A stretch of 61,571 bases of DNA, the filler included, from Choristocarpus tenellus KU-1152 (taxonomy: Eukaryota > Protista > Phaeophyceae): assembly GCA_964200185.2 (NCBI GenBank). It is 12 parts of 12 records of this genome, joined end to end, with 100 filler letters (N's around TTAATTAATTAA, not from the genome) between each part and the next. Parts side by side here need not be neighbours in the genome. Positions count along the whole stretch, not along the records: positions 1 to 4,064 come from CAXNAD020016404.1; positions 4,165 to 8,366 come from CAXNAD020015724.1; positions 8,467 to 11,598 come from CAXNAD020022098.1; 9 more parts are not named here. The stretch is one strand, 5' to 3'. Below are positions 1-11,528 of this stretch, in pieces (position 1 is the first letter of the stretch; the number at the start of each line of letters is the position of its first letter). The notes beneath the pieces were generated by a model. It saw only the letters and a program-made list of their open reading frames with translations, was not told the DNA's origin and made no database searches. The position numbers and the translations under genes are program-made.

Positions 1-69
1 GATTGTTCCATTACTCCATACATATTTTACCGTAACTGTCCGATAGAGTTGGAAGAGTCTAATCGAACA

Positions 70-1405
70 GGTTCACCTCCCTCAGCCGTGCACCTAAACA
101 GACCAACGCGACCCCAAGACACGTCGCCCTACTCAGCGTCACTGTCCAGCTCGACCTACACCATGGATCACAGCAAAATAGTGTGTGCCAGTACCCAGGT
201 TGCCAGGCAGCGACTCGTGAGGTTCACACAACCCAGTCGTGCCTGGACAATCCGCGGGGTGCTCGTTCGCCACACTTGCGTCGTAGAGGCAGGGGTCGTG
301 GCAGTCGTGTTCGTGTTCGTGAGGACAGTTGAGTCAACACCTGGCCATTATGGGCCGCGTCCCTAGGGATGCCCAGGTGAATTTGACTGCCCACTTGGGA
401 ACAGCCATGGTGTTGTTGTTGACACCATCGTAGGGAGTGGCAAGCGACACCAGTCGCACCTCTTGCCCCGCAGGCATCGTTTATTGCCTGCACGTGTGTC
501 ACTAAGCATTTTTCTTTGCCATTAGTTCAACCAAACTCGTGTAATAATGATGAAACTTGTTTCAACAGTTCTTTGTGCAGATACCCATTCATGCCCAAAC
601 CCTCATCGTTTTTCTCACAAAGGGTTCGTGTATCTGGCACCGTTGAAGGACAAGAAGAAAATGACTTGACAATTGACACAGCCAGTGATGTACCATGTAT
701 TTCAGAAATATTTGTTCGCAATCACCCTCAACTGAAACGTTTTGATGTGCATCCTCCCCCACCTGGTGCAATAAATCTACGTACAGCAAATGGTTCACCA
801 TTGCATATCCGTGGATCTATTCGTTTTGCACTTACACTTGGTGACACCACATTGCCAGTTGAAGCTTTAGTGATTCCTCAACTTCGTCCCGATAAAATTC
901 TGCTTGATAATAGTGTTATGCAGGCCTTCGGTGCAATCCTTGATTGGCAAGAAGATGTCTTTCATTTCACAACAGTTCGTGTACCATTTCAGCAAGACAT
1001 CACATGACAAGGAGCCCCACTCAAGTACATGATACAAGGTACAACTCCTTCGTGCTCTGTGGTGAGTGTGCAACATGATTTTGACCCTGTACCCGTTCGT
1101 GTACATAAACAGTATAACATACCACCTGGTCATGAAATCACCGTACGTTGCACCACTAATACTAGTCCGTCGTTGGATACTGCCGTGGTAGTGGAGCCAG
1201 TCATACACTCCATGCTTGTTGTAGATCAAGCCTCTGAACCTACACATCCATGGAATCGTATCGTAGCTGCTCGCACTCTCAGTATTTTGTCAGCCAATAA
1301 TAAATCAATATTGGTTCAAAGGGAAAATCCAACAACCCGGAAAGTACGTATCAGGAAGCATCCTTGGATAGGTCACTTAACCCCTATTTCAGATCAGATA
1401 CCAAT
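70..1405 (+). mobile_element. Ty3/Gypsy LTR-retrotransposon fragment (gag 3' end, aspartic protease, post-protease spacer), decayed
   Basis: Closely similar to ~36027-37260. Protease motif LTIDTASDV...LRTANGSPL...ILLDNSVM in ORF 516-1007. Gag zinc-knuckle-like CQYPGC-x7-H-x4-C at ~185-241. Contains frameshifts. Confidence 0.85.
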
Positions 1406-1495
1406 TGTAGCAGTATATACATTATTACGTTGTAGTTACCAACCTTCGAGTGAGTATTGTTGTATTTATATTAGTTTTCATAAACAATTATTATT

Positions 1496-1663
1496 GGCTC
1501 AAGGTATCTGGGGGCTGTCCGTTCGGGGCCCATTTTTCCATGTCGCGATTTTTGGTCTATTTGGTTGCATGCATCGGATGATAATGTCAGTGCACTTCTT
1601 CGGGTCAGGGCCCGAATGGACACCGTGGTGTGTAGCCCCCCCCCCACCCAGATACTTTAAGCC
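1496..1663. mobile_element. MITE family 2 (~170-180 bp, poly-G/C subterminal tracts)
   Basis: Ends ggctcaaggtatctggggg ... cccagatactttaagcc. Interior is similar to 24197-24373 and 41596-41777. No clear TSD. Confidence 0.8.
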
Positions 1664-1838
1664 TTTCTGGAAAGATATCTTAGCATTGACGAAAACACGG
1701 TTGTATATGCAATAGTCCTTCTGGCATAGTTTTGGTTTTCCCTGACACATCTGCAAAATCTTAGAGGGTATAGTAACATAATACTGCTAGATCATGTGTA
1801 CTTCAGAAGTGGAGTACCATAAGTGATATCCCTCTGAA

Positions 1839-2093
1839 GAGCCAAAGTATCTCAGAGGGTAGAGCTACGTCCATTTGGGGACCAAAATCCAATGTTGCGA
1901 TTTTGATGTAATTTTGGCTATCATGTTAGGAAGTGTCAATATCCATGTTCCAGACACACAGTTTCATAACATACACACTTTACCTACTCCTAAACATTTT
2001 GGAGTAGGAAAATGCCATAAAAGAACCCATGGGAAGCCAAGCCCCTAATAGACAAACAGGGTAAAACTCGTACCCTCTAAGATACTTTCACTC
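1839..2093. mobile_element. MITE family 1 (~258 bp), full copy
   Basis: TIR gagccaaagtatctcagagggta / taccctctaagatactttcactc. 4-bp TSD TGAA. Confidence 0.92.
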
Positions 2094-2307
2094 TGAAGTG
2101 GTATGAGTTGGTGTGACATCGTTATGATCTGTAACAAATTCAAAATATATGATCAGTGCTGACTCCAAGACCCTGGAGCTTCGTAAGATCTTGAAGCTGT
2201 CCAGGAGGTACTGTCACAGGCGAATAGCGCGAGTATTTCTTCCCACGCTCTAACCAGCGCGAGCAGTGTACGCGCGCGGGGAACCACAAAAGGGGAAACT
2301 CCGATTT

Positions 2308-2565
2308 GAGTCAAAGTATCTGAGAGGGTAGAGCCGCGTCCATTTGGGGACCAAATCCGATGTTGCAATTTTGATGTTATTTTGGCTATCATGTTTGTTA
2401 GGAGATGTCAATATCCTTGTTCCAGACACTCCTTTTCATAACGTATACATTTTACCTACTCCGAAACATTTTGGAGTAGGTAAAATGTCATGAAAAACAT
2501 GTGGGAAGCCAAACCCCAGATGGACAAACAGGGCAAAACTCGTACCCTCTAAGATACTTTCACTC
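2308..2565. mobile_element. MITE family 1, full copy
   Basis: TIR gagtcaaagtatctgagagggta / taccctctaagatactttcactc. 4-bp TSD ATTT. Confidence 0.93.
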
Positions 2566-4064
2566 ATTTGCCAAAAAGTTGCAGAATAAAATCTGTAACT
2601 TGGGAAAGTTGCAAAGGATCCCAGGTGGAAAGGTCGCAAAAGGTTCTCAGATATATTCCAATGTCTGTAAACCAGAAGAAGCCCCAAAGGTAAATGATGA
2701 TAAGAGATCCTAAGAATGGCTCCAAACGACTCAGTTCTTCTGACCTACAGGACCCACCTATTCAGTTCGTTCTTTATGTCTCTCTTAACTGATATCGATA
2801 CACACACCTTCCTCGTGCTACTTGATTCACCTGAGAGTACTACTGTTCTGCTGAGCTGACGTGCGTTAATCTGTGAATTGGATTTGAGTTGTACATCCTG
2901 TGGAGGTGAGCTCTGAGGGGTGCATGAAACTTGGAGGTCCTACCGAGACTCTTCAAACTGGAGGGAATACTCATTTGTTCGCCTCAACACTTAGGATTCT
3001 TTGTAGCTTCCCACGCCCGCCTAGATTCTTTTCTTGTTCCACCTGGGTTTGCGGTCTTCATTCGTCATCTACGGGATTCCCTCCTTGGGCTTGTCATCTT
3101 CATGGGTCTGAGGGCTTCTGTGGCTCTGAGGGAATTGCCCCTCTCTAGTCGTAAAACGAGTGGCCTCTGATTACCACATCACTCGCCTATATTCATAAAA
3201 TGAGTGGTCTTTGATCACCATGGTCGAGACGTGCCTAGATAGTTCTTCCTCGCCATTCGTACACTCACATTCCCAATCTGTTTTTCGTGTATCACACTGT
3301 TCTTTTATTCCACAGCTGGGATTCAGTGATTCGGAGATGTTCCTGTCCAAGGCCATACTTTGCGAGAACTCTTGCAGCAGTCGTGACGGATCAACGTGTT
3401 TATGCATCGCGTCCACGCATCAATAACTTCACCCCTTTCCACATCGAGCTCGTCGAAAACTCTTGTCTGACTTTCTTAGGACACACAGCGGTCCTTTCAC
3501 GTGCTTCGTCTGCAATCGACGTCCCACGCATCAAAGGAAAGCTCTTACAGGCCCATTGAGACGACGTGACGGCAACTGAGTGGGTTCATATTTAGGTGAG
3601 AGAATGTACCCTTTTTGGATGTCCAGCCGAAAATTGTGGTCAAGGTTGCCATGTGTTAGTATTAATATTTTTTTTAAGAGAGAGAAAGGTGTGGCATGGA
3701 AGGCTTTGGCAATAGCCTAGTTTTGCACTATCGAGCGTACACCATGGACTTTCGGATGCCTCATATATATGAAGTTGTGTTGAGGGGGGGATACATAGGC
3801 GAAGATCATTTCATTGATGTGTACCAACTCCCAACTCTCCTCCCAAACGTCCTAACCAAATCAATGACTACAAAATAATTAGGATATTTATCTTAGAAAG
3901 AAATTGAAGTCAAACCTACCCACTGGCAATTTCCGTGAGTAATCCTTAGGGACCGAAATGGTAAACCATCGAATTAAAGTAGAACGGATTATTGATGATT
4001 GTGGAAGGCATGTTTGTCCGTTATTATACCGTTATTGCCGTATGCCATATACCATTATACCGTG

Positions 4065-4164
4065 NNNNNNNNNNNNNNNNNNNNNNNNNNNNNNNNNNNN
4101 NNNNNNNNTTAATTAATTAANNNNNNNNNNNNNNNNNNNNNNNNNNNNNNNNNNNNNNNNNNNN
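4065..4164. other. Artificial contig-joining linker (44N-TTAATTAATTAA-44N), first of 11
   Basis: The same 100-bp block, with stops in all six frames, starts at 4065, 8367, 11599, 16268, 19619, 31885, 35037, 39137, 45435, 49392 and 54754. There is a separate 10-N gap at 11161-11170. Confidence 0.97.
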
Positions 4165-4219
4165 CCCCCCCCCAACAAACAAACAAACAAGAACAAAAAA
4201 AATGACACCTGCAGTCAGT

Positions 4220-4257
<38 letters not shown>

Positions 4258-4413
4258 ATCTTTGATCCCCTTTGAATCTTGCCACACAGCCACGACAAAC
4301 GAATATATCCACATCACCAACATACCTAGCCAGCACTATTCCACACTGTGGGCTCAAGAGCAAGCCCGTGCATGTGTGAGTGACAAGTAGGTAAGCACCG
4401 GGATGCAACCCAC

Positions 4414-7400
4414 CTCAGAAACAGAAGGGATGCCAAGACGCCTGCAGTCACTCACGGCGACCATGGGATGCAGTGCTCGTAATCGGGATGGATCCACCCT
4501 TCCTGCCAACCAGGGGCTGTCGTTGTGGAGGCACAAGCCCAACGGCACAAGCTCTGACCGGTCATCCGGCACAAAAATATCCTGCGCCAGTTGGGAAGTG
4601 AGGGTCACAAGCACACACCATTGAGAGGGATAAAACCAGGAAAGTAAAGAAAAAAATATATATTAGCAAAGAGTCGGTTGGTGGAACGTTTTGACTAAAT
4701 GTGAAAGAAACCGATGGTGGGATGAAGTAAAAATATAATAATATACGCAAATATATTTATACATTCATTGGTACGTACGTATGTAGTTTCATACCGATCT
4801 GGGGATTCAGTCCCCTGTATCTGCCTGGAGGGAATCTCTGATTTGTCCTCAAAATTGTAGAACCGCCAATGAACTGGCTACAATTACTTCCCCCTCGATA
4901 AAAGACAACGATGGCACAAATTATTTATGGGGATTACTACGAGGCACTATATTTGGCGCCAAATATAACTAACGACCATGGGAAAATACTAGCTCAAAGG
5001 TCACAATATGCACCCATGCATGTTGCCTAACGTTACACATCAGAATCGGGGAGATAGTGTATGTGCATTTGTATTGCACCACATGAACCACATGCACCAC
5101 ATGCTCTTACACCGAGGGGATCGACCCACCACACCTATAAACGTGCAGTGAACTACGATGAACATCCTATAAACGTTTCAAGAAACTTTTTTTCATAATG
5201 CTCAAGACTAACAAGGTTTGGTTCACAGGGTCTAATTTGTCAATACGTACTAGAGGCTTACATCGTATGATTTTAATGCCACCCTAACCCTAACCCCTCT
5301 AAACAACCCCTATCGTGAAAAGGTTCCCTAACCCTAAGCTCCTTACTTGTATCGCGAAAGAGTTAAAAGAGGTAACTTCTCATCTTACCACTGCCAGGGA
5401 GTGGTCCACGCCGTTATCCTCTGCCTCCCCTGCCAGTAGGTGAATCACCTTTAGCACAGCACTGAGTTCATTGGGGTTAAGTGCTTGTGAGCCACACTCC
5501 CCAGCTAGTTCCTATGATTCCCAAAAAGGGTTTTGAGGGGGGGAGGGGGGGGGGGGGGTTGTCAGACAACCTTGTCATGTTAAGGTGTGGTCACAGGTGT
5601 GTCTTATGAAGAGCTTCAGTCTGTATTTTGTGAGTCAAACTTTGGTACCCATCGCCTCCCACTCCCAATGAAAACTAAAACCCCGTCACAGGTCCAATCA
5701 GTGCACTACCAACCCCCCTTTCTGATCATATCAATACATGCCAGTGTTCGATTAGATCTCCACTTTCAGAAACTTCATGATTTTACCAGGGGGAGGGGAG
5801 GGATGATTTACGCCCATTTGTAGTTAAGACACGATAACTTCGAAAGCACTACAGAGCGTACATCAAAAGCACATTGGGGCTAGGATGAAAAAAAGAAATA
5901 GCACACCATCCACCGATATTGTATTACAATTTGTCCAGAGACCCACGGCAGATCATTTTCTCGAAAATTTCTGAGAAAATTATAGGGAAATGACAAGGAA
6001 AGGACACTAACACAAAGCAAGCAGACGCCCTTCAACGCACTATCACTGCACCTCGCATCAACACCATTTTTTTTGAAGTTTTTCATCACATTGCACCACA
6101 TTTTATCACACACAAAACCTTGCCCAACCTTGAGGAAAGTGGCATAGTCTCTGGCCGTTGGAGTTTGTGTCGTCCCCAGGTCCTTGAACAGCGTGTCAAA
6201 CGCACCAAACGCTCGGGGTACCTCAAACATGAACGGACTTAGGTTTTCCTGCAAGAGCATGTTGCGTGTTTGTGTGTTTGTGTATCACGGTGCAGATAAA
6301 GAAAGCAGTCAAATCCAACAGTGGGGGCGGTAGATTATGCGAGTTGTGCAGGGTGGATGCAGATGATGAGTGCAGATGAACAATCAGTTGAAACAGTAGT
6401 AGCTGTGTGGGTCACTAGCTTATAAAGAGACAGAGATGGGAGGGGGAGGGGGAGGTAGTCCATGTTGTTGTTTGTACTACAGGAAAAAGGTTCCCCTTTG
6501 AACGTTTGTGTGCATGCATGCATGTGTGTGTGTGTGTGTGCGTGTTACTTACCTTGAGGCGGAAGAAGAGTCTTCCTGCCTTGACCAGACGAGCACCCAC
6601 AGGAATGAGAGGGATCTCCTTGAGACCCTCCTTCACATTGGGGCTGAGCTTGGACCAATTTTCTTCCAGGAATGCATACAGGGCACCGAAGACCTAAACA
6701 CAAGACAGATCATGTATCACATGTTTGTTGGGAAGAGGAACATATCATGTTGCTTACATAATCAGTGCATACAAGCATACCCCCCATTGATCATCTACAG
6801 ATGTAGCTTAAATCTAAAGTTTGTTCAATCGTAAGAGAGCAACTTAGAGCATGTGATACCCCGCTGTGTCATAAATGCATTGAAGTACACAATCACAACA
6901 CCCCAGCAGTCTGCAATATTGAGGGGATTTGGGAAGTCGAGAGCTGAAATATTTTGGTGATGAAATATAATCCTCTCTTCTATGCACAAACAACTCCTAA
7001 GTATGACTACATTTTGAAACTGTCGTAACTGTACATATTACTGTACTATTCACATACAATACTTCTATGTGCTACCAGAGCACCGCAACAACATTGCTCC
7101 ACTCTACATTACAAGCATTGTGAACATCACAGTAGATAGTATAGTAAGATAAATACTCCAGAGAACTTGCATAATACCAGAACAACACACCACAACTATG
7201 TTCCCGACTAAACTCACATCATCACCCCATCCCCCCCCAAAAATCAACACCTACCTATCCAACGGAATATCGAGGATATGTTAGGCAAAATCACAGCAAT
7301 ACAACTGGTGACATAACCCTCAAGTCCAGGCATGCATACAAACAACAAGAAACCTCAGGCCGAGTACTTTACCCACAGTCAAAGCAGGGGACCGGTAAAA

Positions 7401-8366
7401 ATAATACAACAGTTTATCCCTAACCCTAGCGTACCACAAAAAAAAAAGCCTACACACCTCAGCTTCCAGTAGTGGACCTTTCCTCTCACCTTAACCGGCG
7501 GATGAGGGTACTCCCAGCGATCCAGCTGACTGTGTCTATCTGTGAGCAGGCGAAGGTGCTTCAGGACCACATCCAGGGGTGGGGGTGTCTTAACGTTCAG
7601 GTTTGACCACATCAGCTATGGGTCCATGGAGACCATGCCAAAAAACGCAGGGTTATAAAAATGATCAACACAGACAGGTACTATGTCAGTTGTGATAGGG
7701 TATAGCCATATGAGGAGGGGAGGGTATTGCACTCGAAAGTACTAAATTGAGAGGAGAGGACACACACAAACACAAACACAACAGAAATACACACACACGA
7801 AATGATACGGCAATATTAACTCAGAAGAGTACCAAAATAAAAAAACGGCTAAGGGTGCAAAAATAGAACAAGCATTCACCCAGTGTTCCACCTAATTCGC
7901 ATAAGACAGTCACTCAGGGCGTTGATTGGAAACGATCAACTTCCTTCCTTAACCCTAACATCCTCTTCCATCCTGTAGTACTCGCCAAACAAACACAATC
8001 AACACAAAAAAAACGCAACAAACGTGAAAAAGAAAGAAAAAATGCTCATAAAATATCCACCCATCCGTCCGTTAACCACTCGCCTACCTACCCATCAACA
8101 CCAAACAGAGCAAAATAGTCAACACACACCCTCCACTATCCCCCCCCCCCCACCCCCAATCTCACCTGTGGAGGAACCAGGCTCTCCCTTTGCACCGCCA
8201 TAGCTGTAAACACCAAGAACCTGTCCTTTGGAACTGCCGCCTCTGCATAACTCACCAACGCCGTCATCCTCCCCCTTCCATCATCAGGCCCAACTGACAA
8301 ACCTCCTGTAGCTCCTCCCCCCCTACCACTACCCCCAACGCCACCTCCCCTTCCAGAAACCCCCAT
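4414..8366 (-). CDS. Sacsin-like protein, internal part (both ends cut by contig limits)
   Basis: Six GT-AG exons splice in frame: 8366-8166, 7615-7490, 6693-6553, 6248-6129, 5511-5389, 4581-4414. Product includes IPVGARLVKAGRLFFRLKENLSPFMFEVPRAFGAFDTLFKDLG, LNPNELSAVLKVI and IFVPDDRSELV...DPSRLRALHP...LGIPSVSE, matching plant/algal sacsin motifs (LSPFAFELP, LNPNELRAV, VPDD...SRLRLVHP). Confidence 0.85.
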
Positions 8367-8466
8367 NNNNNNNNNNNNNNNNNNNNNNNNNNNNNNNNNN
8401 NNNNNNNNNNTTAATTAATTAANNNNNNNNNNNNNNNNNNNNNNNNNNNNNNNNNNNNNNNNNNNN

Positions 8467-8510
8467 CACCCTAGTATAGACCACCCCCCCCCTCCCAGAT
8501 ACTTTGGGTC
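8467..8510. mobile_element. MITE family 2, terminal fragment at contig start
   Basis: caccctagtatagacc-polyC-agatactttgggtc matches the end of 41596-41777. Confidence 0.8.
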
Positions 8511-8941
8511 TTTAAACTGTGCCTCCTATAGCCTGTCTGTCAAGGCCTCTTGAATTCTGTTTGTGTTGTGTCCAGGCTCAACCCCCAATTGGACTTTGTC
8601 CTTAGCATGCTCACATCTATTCCCTTCCCCATGTGCTATTCATTTTGTGTCATTGGTGCAGCACTCTCAATACCATGTAACATCATCTGACCCCTGAGTT
8701 CAGTGAGGTTAAGATTGCCTTGAGTTGAACTGTTGCTGGAGTTGAGCTCTACTGTTCTTTAAACTGTACAGTAGATCTGAATGGAGTTGCTGGTTTTGAA
8801 TTGGTGCACAGTGACCCATCCACTTTGAAGCACATCTCTTGTCCATTAACTCATTGCACTCTCAATATCTTAGTGTTGTGGACGAGTCTTGTCTTTACTA
8901 TGGTCATTCACCCATGCTACTTGTTCCCATCTTCAATGCAG

Positions 8942-11528
8942 GTAACTGCCCAGGACTGGAGTGAGCATGATGGGGATGAGTTTGATGCTAAGCCAAGGGG
9001 CCGCCGGTCTTACATGTCCTCTTATGAGACTGAGGAAAGAGACAGAGACAGAGGGAGCGATGAGGAGAGCAGGTGCAAAATCCGAAACAATACAAGCAAG
9101 GGGAAGGGGAAGGCAAGGGCAGCCCCTGTTGAAACCTGCAATGACTCAATGGAGGAGGAAGATGACTTGGGATATGATGCAGGTGCCTTGAGCGCATCAA
9201 TGGATGTTGATGAGATGAAGTCCTTGTTGTCATCAAATGGGGAGGTTGCAACGTCTGTGGTAGAGGCAGAAGCAAATGTAGACATGGTGGGGGATAGGCA
9301 GGAAGCAGGTGGTGTAGTGAAAGTGACTCGCACTCTGTGGACTGTGAAGCCAAATAGTGCTGAAGATTTGGACAGTGTCAACCATCCTGACAGCATGGAA
9401 GTGGTGGCTGAGGTATCGGGAGCATCAGCCAGTCCAGATACTGGGGTGGAGGGTGTAGACACCAGCAATTTGTATGGGGTGTCAGAACAAGGCACAGACA
9501 TGGTAGAATCCTCAACTGCAGGGTATGGGGAACAGGTGAATGTTGGCCATATTGATGAGGATGGTCAACGTGGTACTATTGTTGCTGGTGTTGCTGCCAC
9601 AGGTCCTTCCGTAGCCTTCCCTGGCATTCCTTCAGTTGCTCTCGACTTGACTGATGATGAGAGGTCTACACCTGGTCCATCTGAGGAGCCATCCAAGTCT
9701 GCCTCCCCAATAGTAGGTGACCCTGTTGTTGTTGACAAGGGGATATCCCTTCCAGGTGAAACCAAGATGGAAGTCACTGTCAGTGGCACACCTGCAGCAA
9801 TTTCTGTGGAGCTGAAGGAGCAAAGGGATAATACCAAGATTGCTCACAGAGTGGCACAAGAGGACAACTGTGGGAAGGAAATTCCCGTTCAGACTGATGC
9901 CACCACCCCATCAATCTCAAGCCTCCCGTCACCAACAGAGCCTAACTCCAGCCCTGGTCCTGCCGTTGATGCAATGGATTTGGATGAGACAGGGAATGAC
10001 AATGGCAGCACCTCTCGGGATGCGAGGACATCTCTAAATTCCGAGGCACCATCTGAACATGCAAAAAGTGCAGATCCTCAGGAGATTCCAAGCCCCTCGG
10101 GCCACTTGGTGATGGAAATGGATGTAGTGGTGGGTATGGCAAAGGAGGAAGAGGGTGTGAAAGGAGTGGAAGTGGAACCTACAGGCAAGGTTGAATGCTC
10201 AACCAGCACCAATGGAGAGTCTGTGTCGGGTGGTGGTGTGGGCAAGAAGACCCACAGTGATGCATACACATCTCCAGAAGAAGAGGGAATAGTGGGGGGC
10301 AACTGCACAGTTTCAACAGGTGTGTCCAAATTACCCACAAGCACTGATGTGATGGAGGGAGTTGAGAGGAACAGGGAGGAACAGGATGGAGAAGAGAGGA
10401 TTGCGAATATAGAGGGGGGTGGGGGAAAAGAAACAGAAAATGAACCAGGTGTTGCAAGTGCAGAGACTGTGCCAACTGGTGAAGTGCAGCAGAAACAAAT
10501 TGTGGACGGTAACAGCAAGGAGGACGGCATTATCTCCCATTATCCTGATGTGCTGACTACAGTTGCGCCTAAGTTCATTGCCTCTACCACCACAGAACCA
10601 TCTCCATTCGATGGACGGGGGCTGGAGCACCAAGAAAAGAAGGGTTTGTATACAGGCATTGGTTGTGCCAAGTCTGCTGGTGATGTCAACAGCACTACCA
10701 CTCAACAAGGAGTACTTTTGGAAGGGAGTATTCCATCTCTCGCCAACAACTCAAGTGTTGAAACTGACACGACCACCTTTGCAGACACAGTTGCTGATGC
10801 AGGTAATGCCAAGGGGGGCTGTGATGAAGTGATCACAGATCAGAAGCCAGAAGTTGTCAGTGGAGATGAGTTGGTGAGTGCAGAAAGAGCTTCCTACAAG
10901 CCTGATGGCACCCACTCCCCAATCGGAAAATCTGTTTCTAGTATGGATGAGCCACCTAACACACCATCTTTTGCTGGCGGGGCATTAGACATCATGGTGA
11001 GAGGAATGGGAATTGTGTCAAACTTGTTCTATGAAAATCCACAAATCAAATATCATGTCCCAACAGGAATTTGAGGAGATTCTACTTGTACTTGGAAACA
11101 CTAGCGTTATGCAAACCCCTCCAAACCCCCCCCACTCCCACACGACCCCCGCTTAACGCANNNNNNNNNNTATGCCCCACCCCCCACCCCCCTGGCCCTC
11201 CTAACCTGCCCTGTGAAGCTGAAACCAAAGATTGAATGGTAGACTGAAAGAACCTCATATGTTCCCTTGCGCCACTCTTTTGTTGGTGCTACAGGCATTG
11301 GCAGCCGAGTCTGCTGAACGGGCTGCTACAAGACCATCCCCGTGCAAAGCTTCCTCGACCCATCCCTGGGAAGAGAGTCCAGCTGTTGTAGGTGAAGAAA
11401 AGACTGTGGCCAATTCAGTGTTGCCAGAGACACGAAAAACTGGTGCCCTTGATATTATGGTTGAGGCAACGCAATTTGCCAAGCGCTCTGTAAAGCTTGG
11501 TTCAGGAGCACCCAGTGAAACAAGATGA
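8942..11528 (+). CDS. 3' exons of an unknown, highly acidic, probably disordered protein
   Basis: A ~2-kb stop-free exon (tgcag|8942 to 10996|gtgaga) splices in phase 0 to a last exon (ctacag|11295 to TGA 11528). Rich in E/D/S/G/T, with no recognised domain. Confidence 0.7.

Noticed and set aside
1757-1838. Extra atcttagagggta TIR-like piece before the first MITE-1
   Set aside because: It is only a 13-bp match without a proper terminus, partner or TSD.
2436-2713. Recurring short peptides (SESILEG...FALFVHLG, NSYPLRYF) in many ORF-track entries
   Set aside because: They are translations of MITE family 1 copies, not a gene family.
2130-3549. Possible solo LTR (tgtaac...cttaca)
   Set aside because: There is no TSD (tgatc versus ggccc), no clear PBS or PPT, and no second copy in the window.
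4109-4120. Recurrent TTAATTAATTAA as a biological repeat or regulatory site
   Set aside because: It is always centred in an exact 44N+12+44N block, so it is an assembly linker. Gene neighbourhoods across linkers are therefore not interpretable.
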